From positions 1-24,146 of the IMG/VR virus record IMGVR_UViG_3300022867_000070: a stretch of 24,146 bases of DNA. One strand, written 5' to 3'. Source of the DNA: a virus (taxonomy: Duplodnaviria; Caudoviricetes). Shown piece after piece: positions 1 to 8,486 of the stretch. Numbering within the stretch: the stretch's first letter is position 1; each line of letters begins with the position of its first letter. The position numbers and the translations under genes are program-made. Under the pieces are notes generated by a model, which did not search any database, was not told where the DNA came from, and saw only the letters and a list, made by a program, of their open reading frames with translations.

Positions 1-2
1 AG

Positions 3-362
3 TTCTGGAAGCCTAATTACTTTAGGGCAGCTGCGGATGACGTGAAGCAAGGCTCATCATTAGACCCACACCGCAGAAGCGACGAGTTTCTAGAGGAATA
101 CCTCGACATCTGCATCGATGCCATTGCCGCCTACAACAAGATGGTGGCCCTCGGTATTTGCACAGAGCAAGCCAGAGCTATCCTCCCACAAGGTACAATT
201 ACAGAATGGGTTTGGACGGGTTCCCTGCTCTTCTGGTCCCGTGTCTATAAACTTCGCAGCGCGGACAACACGCAAGCGGAAACCCGTGAGTTTGCCGAGT
301 TGCTCGATGAGCAGATGTTAGCCTTGTATCCAATTTCATGGAAGGCGCTGACCAATGGATGA
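3..362 (+). CDS. thyX: FAD-dependent thymidylate synthase ThyX, C-terminal part (5'-truncated by window edge)
   Basis: Frame is open from position 3 (FWKPNYFRAAADDVKQGS). ThyX-like motifs KQGS, EQARAILPQ, TEWVWTGSL, and LR...TQAETREFA. Confidence 0.88.
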   Translation, partial: FWKPNYFRAAADDVKQGSSLDPHRRSDEFLEEYLDICIDAIAAYNKMVALGICTEQARAILPQGTITEWVWTGSLLFWSRVYKLRSADNTQAETREFAELLDEQMLALYPISWKALTNG

Positions 363-561
363 GCCTGATGATTATGAAATCGCCGTATTGGCCACGATGT
401 CAGAATGTATTTCTAGGCTGGCCAAAGCATCCACCAAAATTGAAGACGAGCATATGAAGGCGATAACAGCAACGGCAGCATCAATTTGCGTGAACATGAT
501 GCTGTCAACACAGCGCAAACCCGCAGACCTACACAGTATCAACAAGGAGACTTTGCAATGA
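355..561 (+). CDS. Small hypothetical phage protein (68 aa)
   Basis: Overlaps the thyX stop and the exonuclease start (ATGA coupling at 558-561); fills the gap exactly. No recognisable motif. Confidence 0.65.
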   Translation: MDEPDDYEIAVLATMSECISRLAKASTKIEDEHMKAITATAASICVNMMLSTQRKPADLHSINKETLQ

Positions 562-1295
562 AGTTCCTAATCGATGCTGACATTGTTGCCTTTAAAGCAG
601 CTTCATCCTGCGAACATCCCGTAAACTGGGGTGATGGCCTATGGACGCTGCACAGCTTTGAGCATGAAGCCATCGACTGCTGCATGGGCTACTTCAATAG
701 GCTGAAAGCAACGCTTGGTGATGGCGAACTACAGCTGTTCCTGACAGGAGAGAACAACTGGCGCAAAGCCATCCTCCCGACATACAAAGCCAATCGGAAG
801 GATAAGCGAAAGCCTATGCTTCTGATGTTCCTGCGCAACTGGATGCGAGCGCAGTTCAATGCCGTTGTTGAAGATGGCTTAGAAGCAGACGACTTGCTAG
901 GCATCGCCGCAACCGCAAGTCCCAAAGACACAATGATTATCTCTGAGGACAAAGACCTCAAGACAATTCCTGCTCTGCTGTTTAATCCCGCCAAGGATAT
1001 ATCGCCCAGGCGCATCACTGAGTTTGAAGCTGACTACAATCACATGCTTCAAACTTTAACAGGTGACGCTGTCGATGGCTTTGTTGGTTGCCCCACAGTC
1101 GGACCAAAAACTGCCGAAAAAATTCTAAAGGATTGCACCACCAGTGCTGACCTTTGGGACGCCGTTCTGGCGACATTCAAAAAACAGAAACTCTCAGAAG
1201 AAGTGGCACTGGTCCAAGCGCAAGTCGCTCGTATCTGCCGTGACACAGACTTTGACATCAACACAAGGAAGGTCATTCCATGGATGCCGACGTAG
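558..1295 (+). CDS. T7 gp6-like 5'-3' exonuclease
   Basis: Start moved to ATG 558 (RBS AAGGAGA 544-550). Motifs LIDADIVAF, YKANRK, GLEADDLLGI, SEDKDLKTIP, LTGDAVDGFVGCPTVGPKTAEKIL. Confidence 0.93.
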   Translation: MKFLIDADIVAFKAASSCEHPVNWGDGLWTLHSFEHEAIDCCMGYFNRLKATLGDGELQLFLTGENNWRKAILPTYKANRKDKRKPMLLMFLRNWMRAQFNAVVEDGLEADDLLGIAATASPKDTMIISEDKDLKTIPALLFNPAKDISPRRITEFEADYNHMLQTLTGDAVDGFVGCPTVGPKTAEKILKDCTTSADLWDAVLATFKKQKLSEEVALVQAQVARICRDTDFDINTRKVIPWMPT

Positions 1296-1522
1296 TAATA
1301 ACACCCGAACACTATACGCAATATGCCGTTGAACCAATTGAGTTCATCATGATTAACGACATGGACTTTTGGCGTGGTAACGTCATCAAATATGTCAGTC
1401 GTGCTGGTGCAAAGCTGTATAACGGACAAGACGAAACCCAATCTGAAATCACTGATTTGCATAAGGCCATTCGGTACTGCGAGATGCGTATCAATATGCT
1501 TAACGAAGAGGGCATATTGTAA
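1280..1522 (+). CDS. DUF3310 / T7 gp1.7-like protein (putative nucleotide kinase)
   Basis: Pattern HY-x5-EPIEFI...F-x2-GNVIKYVSRAG...DLHKAIRYCE typical of DUF3310. Confidence 0.85.
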   Translation: MDADVVITPEHYTQYAVEPIEFIMINDMDFWRGNVIKYVSRAGAKLYNGQDETQSEITDLHKAIRYCEMRINMLNEEGIL

Positions 1523-3225
1523 TGAACAAAAACCACAATCAACCCTACGGGCCATCTCTGCCTATCTCCGAAGAGATTGATAAAACCAAATATCGTCAGA
1601 CTGGCGAGGACTTCTATTCCAAGGTAGTCCGCATTGCGAACGCACTGAAGGACAGCCCACAGCACTTTGAAGATTTCAAGGATGCTATGCGTTACATGCG
1701 ATTTCTCCCGGCTGGCAGAGTCCAAAATGCAATGGGCGCAGCACGTCAGACCACCGCATACAATTGCTTTGTGTCTGGCATTATCGATGACAGCATGGAC
1801 AGCATCATGCAGCGTGCAACCGAAGCAGCTGAAACGATGCGGCGTGGTGGTGGCATTGGATACGACTTCAGTCGTCTGCGACCTAGAGGTGACCGTATCA
1901 AATCGCTTGAAAGTCAGGCATCAGGTGCTGTTTCCTTCATGCAGATATATGATGCGGTATGTCAGACCATCGCAAGTAGCGGGGCAAGACGTGGCGCACA
2001 AATGGGCGTACTCAGAATTGACCACCCAGACATCGAACAGTTCATCACAACCAAGAACGATGGCACCTCACTGTCAGGCTTCAATATCTCAGTCGGTGTG
2101 ACCGATGAGTTCATGGAATGCCTCGAACAGAAGAAGCCATTTAAGCTGCGGTTTGATGGTACGGTCCACCGTGAGGTAGACCCAGTAGCACTGTGGGATA
2201 TGATTATGCGGTCCACTTGGGACTGGGCAGAACCCGGCGTTCTGTTCATCGATACCATCAACAAGATGAATAACCTCTACTATTGCGAGACCATTGAAGC
2301 GACCAATCCTTGTGGAGAACAACCACTGCCACCATACGGTGCCTGTTTGCTCGGCTCTTTCAATCTCGTGAAGTACGTCGAGGATGGCGTATTTAACCAG
2401 CGTCAGTATGAAGAGGACATCGCCACCGTGGTTAGAGCCATGGATAATGTGATTGACCGAACCATCTACCCCCTCCACGCACAGGAACTTGAAGCTAAGA
2501 ACAAACGCCGTATAGGTTTGGGCATCACTAGCTTGGCTAATGCGGCTGAGATGTGCGGCAAACCCTATGCCTCACCAGAGTTTATGGAATTTGCAGAGAC
2601 CATCTTGGCCACGCTGCGTGACCACACATACTTCACCAGTTCCACACTGGCAGCTGAGAAGGGTTCTTTCCCCCTCTACAACGCAGACAAGTTCTTAAAG
2701 AGCAAGTTCGTGCAGACGTTGCCCGAATGGGTACAAGAAAAGATACGGGTGAACGGGATACGCAACTCCCACCTCACATCAATTGCACCGACAGGCACAA
2801 TCAGCCTCACCGCCGATAATGTCAGCAGTGGTATTGAGCCGCCCTTCTCTCTTTTCTACGACCGAACCATCCAACAATTTGATGGCTTCGATGTAGAACG
2901 TGTTGAGGACTATGCGTACCGCCAAGGCGTCTATGGTCGAACAGCCAATGCGATTAGCGCCCAAGACCACCTAGCTGTTCTTGCCCTGTCATCACAATTC
3001 GTGGACAGCGCGGTCTCCAAGACCTGCAATGTTGGCGATGGTGTCAGCTATGATGAGTTTAAAAACCTATACTTCGATGCGTGGAAAGCAGGATGCAAAG
3101 GCATCACGACCTTCCGTGCCGCAGGGAAAAGATACGGAATTTTGAACGAGGTCAAAACTGAAGAGAAGCCGGCAGCTGAGGCTTGCTACATTAATCCGAA
3201 CACTGGTCAGAAAAGCTGTGAGTAG
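1522..3225 (+). CDS. nrdJ: Class II (adenosylcobalamin-dependent) ribonucleotide reductase, compact 567 aa
   Basis: Motifs FLPAGR, NCFV, RGGGIG, RRGAQMG, TNPCGEQPL, CLLGSFNL, IAPTGTISL, AVSKTCN, GCKGITTFR and a C-terminal Cys pair (CYINPNTGQKSCE). No nrdB beta-subunit gene nearby. Confidence 0.92.
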   Translation: MNKNHNQPYGPSLPISEEIDKTKYRQTGEDFYSKVVRIANALKDSPQHFEDFKDAMRYMRFLPAGRVQNAMGAARQTTAYNCFVSGIIDDSMDSIMQRATEAAETMRRGGGIGYDFSRLRPRGDRIKSLESQASGAVSFMQIYDAVCQTIASSGARRGAQMGVLRIDHPDIEQFITTKNDGTSLSGFNISVGVTDEFMECLEQKKPFKLRFDGTVHREVDPVALWDMIMRSTWDWAEPGVLFIDTINKMNNLYYCETIEATNPCGEQPLPPYGACLLGSFNLVKYVEDGVFNQRQYEEDIATVVRAMDNVIDRTIYPLHAQELEAKNKRRIGLGITSLANAAEMCGKPYASPEFMEFAETILATLRDHTYFTSSTLAAEKGSFPLYNADKFLKSKFVQTLPEWVQEKIRVNGIRNSHLTSIAPTGTISLTADNVSSGIEPPFSLFYDRTIQQFDGFDVERVEDYAYRQGVYGRTANAISAQDHLAVLALSSQFVDSAVSKTCNVGDGVSYDEFKNLYFDAWKAGCKGITTFRAAGKRYGILNEVKTEEKPAAEACYINPNTGQKSCE

Positions 3226-3239
3226 TTAGTTAATCACCA

Positions 3240-3590
3240 TCACCTTTTTGCTGTTAGCCTAGGGCCATCATCAGTGGGCGCGGACCTCTCCGAAACGTCA
3301 TTATATGATATTGGGGCGGTCTGTAACTTCTCTAAGCTCAGGCGTTCATCCGATTTTTTGTTAAGCAGCTGTAGTTCGTCTATAATTTTATCTATCCCAA
3401 GCAGAACACTTCCCACGCTAATTAATGGGATGAACATCAAAGACCCACCGAAGGTTAAAATACCTAGTGAGAGATTTGATGTGCCTGTTAAATCTAAATT
3501 TGCTAACGCCGAAAACCACGCCAAAGCGATGAAGCCGCCGACTACTACAAAAGACCAACCACAAATAACAAGCAGAAATCTGACTAGCAT
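3240..3590 (-). CDS. Moron-like membrane protein (~116 aa, two predicted TM segments)
   Basis: Likely start MLVRFLLVICGW at 3590 after a G-rich RBS-like stretch (GGGGTGGGTG). Two hydrophobic segments then a polar tail. Opposite strand to all neighbours and has its own promoter candidate. Confidence 0.7.
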   Translation of the reverse strand: MLVRFLLVICGWSFVVVGGFIALAWFSALANLDLTGTSNLSLGILTFGGSLMFIPLISVGSVLLGIDKIIDELQLLNKKSDERLSLEKLQTAPISYNDVSERSAPTDDGPRLTAKR

Positions 3591-3616
3591 CACCCACCCC
3601 CAAAAATACAACTCAA

Positions 3617-3645
3617 ACCATAAACTTGTCCTTTCATTAGGGCAA
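3617..3645 (-). promoter_or_regulatory. Sigma70-like promoter for the minus-strand membrane gene
   Basis: Minus strand TTGCCC (3645-3640) - 17 bp - TATGGT (3622-3617), 26 nt upstream of ATG 3590. Confidence 0.5.
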
Positions 3646-3657
3646 GTTTTGTTTGTT
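3622..3657 (+). terminator. Inverted repeat: possible + strand intrinsic terminator or operator
   Basis: AAACTTGTCCT (3622-3632), TTCATT loop, AGGGCAAGTTT (3639-3649), followed by TGTTTGTT. Confidence 0.45.
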
Positions 3658-3676
3658 GCACTAAAGAGGATAACAA

Positions 3677-3853
3677 ATGTTTCCATATATAACTAATGAC
3701 CTAATCGAAGAACTTAAAGTTCGCTTCCCAGAAAAAAGCCCAAGTCAGAGTGAAGAATACTCCCAGCTTATGTGGCGTGGAGGACAGCGGTCAGTTGTCG
3801 ATTTCTTAATTCAGATTCATGAGGACCAAATGGCCTCTCAACTAGGAGAATAG
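3677..3853 (+). CDS. Small T7-like phage protein (58 aa, gp6.5 position); absent from the ORF track
   Basis: RBS AGAGGA 3665-3670. MFPYITNDLIEELKVRFPEKSPSQSEEYSQLMWRGGQRSVVDFLIQIHEDQMASQLGE*. I recall the FP...GQRSVV.FL pattern from small pre-portal genes of marine T7-like phages. Confidence 0.8.
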   Translation: MFPYITNDLIEELKVRFPEKSPSQSEEYSQLMWRGGQRSVVDFLIQIHEDQMASQLGE

Positions 3854-3856
3854 CTG

Positions 3857-4102
3857 ATGTGTTTTTCATCACCCAGCCCACCACCCCCACAGCAGATTGC
3901 GCCAGCACCACCCCCAGCGGCACCACCCGCTGCTAACCCTGTGCTGACCAATATGTATGACCCATCTTCAACTGAAGCTGGCGTGGCTGCAGAGAAAGGT
4001 AGCATTGCTGGGAAAGCCTCTGGCACTTCACAACTTAAAGTTGACCTAGACCCCACTGTCCAAAATCTTGGTACGGGTACTGGTCTACAAGTAACTCAGT
4101 GA
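3857..4102 (+). CDS. gp6.7/7.3-like small virion protein
   Basis: RBS AGGAG; MCF start, Pro-rich N-terminus, GTSQLKVDL...GLQV C-terminus; directly upstream of the portal. Confidence 0.75.
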   Translation: MCFSSPSPPPPQQIAPAPPPAAPPAANPVLTNMYDPSSTEAGVAAEKGSIAGKASGTSQLKVDLDPTVQNLGTGTGLQVTQ

Positions 4103-4110
4103 GAATTTAA

Positions 4111-5661
4111 ATGAGCATGGGAACCGCAGAAGCGCGTTATCATCAACTCGAACAGACCCGACAATCATACTTGGATAGAGCTAGAGATTGTTCTGAGCTA
4201 ACTATCCCCTCCCTCATCCCACAAGACATCCATAATGAGACAAGTGATTTATACACTCCGTTTCAAGGTATCGGTGCGAGGGGCGTAAACAACCTAGCCT
4301 CAAAGCTATCACTTGCCCTTATGCCCCCAAACTCTCCGTTCTTTCGCTTCATGGTAGAGCCATACACCTTAAAGGATTTGGCACCAGATAACGCGGCGCG
4401 AACCCAAATTGAACAACAATTGGGTGAGTACGAGCGTGCAGTAATGAGTGAGATTGAAACGTCAGGCGACAGAGTTGCAGTGCATGAAGCACTTAAACAC
4501 TTAATTGTCGGCGGCAACGTGCTTTTGCAAGTTGGCCCTGAGAAGACCAGAGTAATCCATTTGGATAGCTATGTGGTCTCTCGTGCGCCTAATGGCGAAG
4601 TCTTAGAAATTGTAACGGTTGAGCATGTCTCGCCTAACGCATTAGACAAAGCGACTGCCGCTAATATCTCAGGTAAACTCGAAGGTGACGAAAAGACTGT
4701 TGAGGTCTTTACCCACATAGAACGCAAGAACGAGTTCTTTACAGTCTATCAAGAATGCAAAGGCACAGTGGTTGCTGGAACTAAAGGTAAATACAAGAAA
4801 GCCAATGTCCCCTTCCTCCCTCTACGCTTCTCTCGCATCGATGGTGAAGATTATGGCCGTGGGTTCGTAGAAGAACTTTTAGGCGACCTACGCTCACTAG
4901 AGGCGCTCTCACAGGCTATCGTGGAGGGTGCTGCCGCAGCGGCTAAGGTTCTGTTCTTGGTCAATCCAAACGGTACCACCCGTATGCGTAATATCGCTCA
5001 GGCGGAAAACACAGCAATCATCGAAGGAAACAAGAACGATGTATCAGTCCTTCAAATGGATAAATTCAACGACTTTAGAGTTGCCTACCAAGCAATGCAG
5101 GGAATCGAAGAAAGGCTTTCGCAACAGTTTATGCTTCAATCTTCTGTTCAGCGTAACGGAGAGCGGGTCACCGCAGAAGAAATCCGATACCTCGCCGGAG
5201 AACTAGAAGACACCCTATCAGGTATCTACTCAATCCTGTCTCAAGAGTTCCAACTTCCATACGTCAATCGCAAGATAGATGTCCTGACCAAAGCTAAGAA
5301 GCTACCCAAACTTCCAGACAATGTGGTGAAACCCACCATCGTTACTGGGATGGAAGCACTTGGCCGTGGTCATGACCTGCGCAAGTTAGACCTCTTCATT
5401 CAAGGTATGACACAGGCTTTAGGACCAGAGGTTCTGCAGCAATACGTAAACCTGCAGGATTATATCAAACGTCGCGCCACGGCTCTCGGCATCGAGACTG
5501 ATGGCCTTATCAAATCACAAGAACAAATCGCCCAAGAACAGCAACAGGCAATGCAAGCGCAGATGATGCAGCAGGCAGGCCCAAGTGCAATTCAAGAAGG
5601 CGTTAAAGCATTAGGAAATTCGTATGTCGAAAACCAAAGACAGCAAGGAAACGGCGGCTAA
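4111..5661 (+). CDS. Head-to-tail connector (portal), T7 gp8-like
   Basis: Motifs TPFQGIGARGVNNLASKL, LKHLIVGGNVLL, GEDYGRGFVEE, ERVTAEEIR, ELEDTLSGIYSILSQEFQLP, TGMEALGRGHDL. Confidence 0.96.
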   Translation: MSMGTAEARYHQLEQTRQSYLDRARDCSELTIPSLIPQDIHNETSDLYTPFQGIGARGVNNLASKLSLALMPPNSPFFRFMVEPYTLKDLAPDNAARTQIEQQLGEYERAVMSEIETSGDRVAVHEALKHLIVGGNVLLQVGPEKTRVIHLDSYVVSRAPNGEVLEIVTVEHVSPNALDKATAANISGKLEGDEKTVEVFTHIERKNEFFTVYQECKGTVVAGTKGKYKKANVPFLPLRFSRIDGEDYGRGFVEELLGDLRSLEALSQAIVEGAAAAAKVLFLVNPNGTTRMRNIAQAENTAIIEGNKNDVSVLQMDKFNDFRVAYQAMQGIEERLSQQFMLQSSVQRNGERVTAEEIRYLAGELEDTLSGIYSILSQEFQLPYVNRKIDVLTKAKKLPKLPDNVVKPTIVTGMEALGRGHDLRKLDLFIQGMTQALGPEVLQQYVNLQDYIKRRATALGIETDGLIKSQEQIAQEQQQAMQAQMMQQAGPSAIQEGVKALGNSYVENQRQQGNGG

Positions 5662-5722
5662 GCCAACACTGGCCGCACCTACCATTGTTAAGAAGCCCAC
5701 TCGTACACGGGAAGACTTCTAA
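5624..5722 (+). CDS. Putative 32-aa peptide between portal and scaffold; absent from the ORF track
   Basis: AGGA RBS at 5613-5616. MSKTKDSKETAAKPTLAAPTIVKKPTRTREDF*; stop ends 2 nt before the scaffold ATG. Confidence 0.55.
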   Translation: MSKTKDSKETAAKPTLAAPTIVKKPTRTREDF

Positions 5723-5724
5723 AC

Positions 5725-6444
5725 ATGGCAGAAAGCATAACCATTACTGAACCCGAAACTGGCCCAGAAGCACCCGGTGCTGAGGATAACCAAGCATCTG
5801 AACGTCCAGATTGGTTGCCAGAAAAGTTTAACTCTCCCGAAGACTTGGCGAAGTCATACACGGAACTTGAAAAGAAACTCTCTGTCCCAAAGGAAACCCC
5901 AGCTGAAAATGAAGCGACAACTGATGATAATCCAACTGAGAATAAAGAAAACGCAAGTCCAGAGTTTGGTAAATTCTCTGAGGAATATGCAGCTGATGGT
6001 GCGTTGTCTGACGATAGTTTCTCTGAGTTGGAGCAAATGGGTTACCCAAAGGCAATGGTGGAGACCTACATCCAAGGCATGCAGTCAAACCAAGAGGCGG
6101 ATTCAAATACCGTTATGGCGGTGGCTGGTGGCGAAGATGGGTATAAAGACCTGACGGATTGGGCGCGTGATAACATGGCGTCCAACGAACTCGAAGTTTA
6201 CAATCAGATGGTCTCTAACGGCACCGACAATGCGAAGATGGCTGTCGAGTGGATGATGTCCAAGCGGGATGCTGCGGGTGACACAGAGCCAAACCTAGTT
6301 TCAGGCAAGGCTCAAGCAGCATTGAAAGATGAGTTCCGCTCTACGGCTCAAGTTGTAGCTGCGATGAAAGACCCAAGATACGGCAAAGACACTGCTTACA
6401 CGAAAGACGTTGAGCAGAAGCTGGGCCGTTCAAGCGTATTTTAA
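5725..6444 (+). CDS. Capsid assembly scaffolding protein, T7 gp9-like
   Basis: Acidic; RPDWLPEKF, LAKSYTELEKKL, VAGGEDGY, C-terminal FRSTAQVVAAMKDPRY...VEQKLGRS. Confidence 0.93.
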   Translation: MAESITITEPETGPEAPGAEDNQASERPDWLPEKFNSPEDLAKSYTELEKKLSVPKETPAENEATTDDNPTENKENASPEFGKFSEEYAADGALSDDSFSELEQMGYPKAMVETYIQGMQSNQEADSNTVMAVAGGEDGYKDLTDWARDNMASNELEVYNQMVSNGTDNAKMAVEWMMSKRDAAGDTEPNLVSGKAQAALKDEFRSTAQVVAAMKDPRYGKDTAYTKDVEQKLGRSSVF

Positions 6445-6514
6445 TGAAGGTTGCCAAGGCCCCTTAGTTTGATAAGTTATCCAAACTACTCGTATATTTT
6501 TGGGAGTAAGAACA

Positions 6515-6859
<345 letters not shown>

Positions 6860-6882
6860 ATTTTTAGCCCCCCGTCAATTTC

Positions 6883-6949
6883 CAAGACAAACATTTAGTT
6901 TGCAGATGGGTTTGTTCTTTGGCAGTCTGAGTGTGATACTTATGGGGAT
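6883..6949 (+). promoter_or_regulatory. Leader repeat A, copy 1: sigma70-like promoter + RBS
   Basis: TTGTTC (6912-6917) - 17 bp - GATACT (6935-6940) with TGn extension, then GGGGA RBS. 55/67 identical, ungapped, to 8016-8082. Confidence 0.75.
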
Positions 6950-6957
6950 AGTCACAA

Positions 6958-7215
6958 ATGATAAAATCAGTCTTGATAGCAAGTATTGCTTTTCTACCTT
7001 TGGCGGGTTGCTTGTATGGCCCTCCTCCACAAACTCCCGTTCAGACTTGTTCTGGATACGGTTATAAGAATGGTACTTCTGACTTCCGTAATTGTGTTGC
7101 AGAGGAAAGCCGGCTCCAGAAAGAAATAGCAAGTAATCGTTCTATTGCTCGTAGAAATAGAGCGCGAGATAATTTCAATAATAGTTGGTACTGCAGGCAG
7201 GGTGGTTGTAACTGA
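6958..7215 (+). CDS. Small lipoprotein (85 aa)
   Basis: Signal peptide with lipobox LAG-C (MIKSVLIASIAFLPLAGC); Cys motif CSGYGYKNGTSDFRNC; C-terminal CRQGGC. Confidence 0.82.
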   Translation: MIKSVLIASIAFLPLAGCLYGPPPQTPVQTCSGYGYKNGTSDFRNCVAEESRLQKEIASNRSIARRNRARDNFNNSWYCRQGGCN

Positions 7216-7283
7216 CTACCTCTACCGCTGTACGGGCGTAATTCACATTTACATTGATGTTTATGATGAGGATGAGGAGGACA

Positions 7284-7904
7284 ATGACTAAACACCTAAC
7301 CAAGCCAATACGGGCGATCCACTTTCTGGTTCTAGCGTTTCTGATGACGCTCTCCTCACCCGTCGCAGCACAGGACTTTGACAAGGGTTACGATGCTTAC
7401 AATGCTGGTGACTTTGCTACGGCCATTCAAGAGTGGACGCCTTTAGCTGAACAAGGATATGCGAACGCTCAATACAATCTTGGTATTATGTACAACAAAG
7501 GCCAAGGCGTTCCTCAAGACTCCAAAGAAGCTGTGAAGTGGTATCGACTAGCTGCTGAGCAAGGGATTGCTAAAGCTCAATTCAATCTTGGGATTAAGTA
7601 CGACAAAGGCCAAGGCGTTCTTCAAGACTACAAAGAAGCTGTGAAGTGGTATCGTCTAGCTGCTGAGCAAGGATATGATAATGGTCAAAACAATCTTGGT
7701 GTCATGTATGAGTACGGCAATGGCGTACTTCAAGATAACGTCATGGCTCACATGTGGTACAACATTGCGTCTGCTAATGGTCACGATAAGGCAGGTGAAT
7801 GGAGAGATGAGCGAGCAGGTCTAATGACCCCAGCAGCAATAGAGAAAGCGACTGCTATGGCCCGTGAGTGCATGAGCAGTGGCTATACCAAGTGTGGGTA
7901 TTAA
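7284..7904 (+). CDS. Secreted Sel1-like repeat protein (206 aa)
   Basis: Strong RBS GAGGAGG before ATG 7284; signal peptide ending VAA-QD; three Sel1 repeats (AQYNLGIMYNKGQGV.QD.KEAVKWYRLAAEQG); cap AHMWYNIASANG...ARECM. Confidence 0.92.
   Translation: MTKHLTKPIRAIHFLVLAFLMTLSSPVAAQDFDKGYDAYNAGDFATAIQEWTPLAEQGYANAQYNLGIMYNKGQGVPQDSKEAVKWYRLAAEQGIAKAQFNLGIKYDKGQGVLQDYKEAVKWYRLAAEQGYDNGQNNLGVMYEYGNGVLQDNVMAHMWYNIASANGHDKAGEWRDERAGLMTPAAIEKATAMARECMSSGYTKCGY
7495..7672 (+). repeat. Internal 108-nt-period duplication within the Sel1 gene
   Basis: 7495-7564 vs 7603-7672: 70 nt with 3 mismatches. Confidence 0.9.
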
Positions 7905-7951
7905 CTGGGCTACTGCATGTTATTCCTTGGTTAATGTCACACGAAACTGAC

Positions 7952-7978
7952 TTTGGCCCCAGCCGAGGGAGACTTTAT
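7952..7978 (+). repeat. Direct repeat B, copy 1 (27 bp)
   Basis: TTTGGCCCCAGCCGAGGGAGACTTTAT, identical to 8487-8513. Confidence 0.95.
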
Positions 7979-8015
7979 CTGACGTTTGACTTTAATCACT
8001 TTGCTATTTTCACGG

Positions 8016-8082
8016 CAAAACAAAGAATAAGTTTGTAGATTGGCTTGCTCTTTGGCAGACTGACTTTGATACTTATGGAGAT
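8016..8082 (+). promoter_or_regulatory. Leader repeat A, copy 2: sigma70-like promoter + RBS
   Basis: TTGCTC (8045-8050) - 17 bp - GATACT (8068-8073), then GGAG RBS and ATG 8089. Homologous to 6883-6949. Confidence 0.75.
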
Positions 8083-8088
8083 TATAAA

Positions 8089-8439
8089 ATGCGTTACGCT
8101 TTGATTGCTGCGATTGTTGGCTTGGGTTTATTGGCTGGATGTGCCGCTAAATATGAAGGTAAAACAGATTATCAGCTCTGTTATAGTAAAGCTACAATAA
8201 CGAAAGTTGGCCCAGCAGCACGCGTTAGACAAGCAGAGATAGAATCTAGAGGTTTAAATTGCAGGAAGTACGCAAAAAGAATAAACCAAGAGATTGCGGC
8301 TGAGCGAGAGGCTAGAGCAGGTGCGCCCAGAAGCTCTTCATCTATTTATAACCCTCCTGTCTATAACCCAGTTACTCCTGCTAGAAATACGTCCCATTGT
8401 CGTGTCAGCTCTAGTGGCAGAAGAGTCACATGCTATTAG
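8089..8439 (+). CDS. Small basic lipoprotein (116 aa)
   Basis: Lipobox LAG-C (MRYALIAAIVGLGLLAGC); LC...EIESRGLNC pair; Pro-rich linker; C-terminal CRVSSSGRRVTCY. Confidence 0.82.
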   Translation: MRYALIAAIVGLGLLAGCAAKYEGKTDYQLCYSKATITKVGPAARVRQAEIESRGLNCRKYAKRINQEIAAEREARAGAPRSSSSIYNPPVYNPVTPARNTSHCRVSSSGRRVTCY

Positions 8440-8486
8440 GGCAGCAATATTCATTCAGAATTATTGGCACATATCGTGAGAATTGA

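Noticed and set aside
3274-3696. 140-aa + strand ORF
   Set aside because: Shadow of the minus-strand membrane gene; no clear RBS, and it overlaps the better-supported 3677-3853 ORF.
6863-6871. TTTAGCCCC as a degenerate third copy of repeat B
   Set aside because: Only 8 of 9 bases match and similarity does not extend; could be chance.
6875-7384. Minus-strand ORFs 6875-7132, 7062-7295 and 7175-7384
   Set aside because: Antisense to well-supported lipoprotein and Sel1 genes; low-complexity translations arise from the ATG/GAT-rich spacer.
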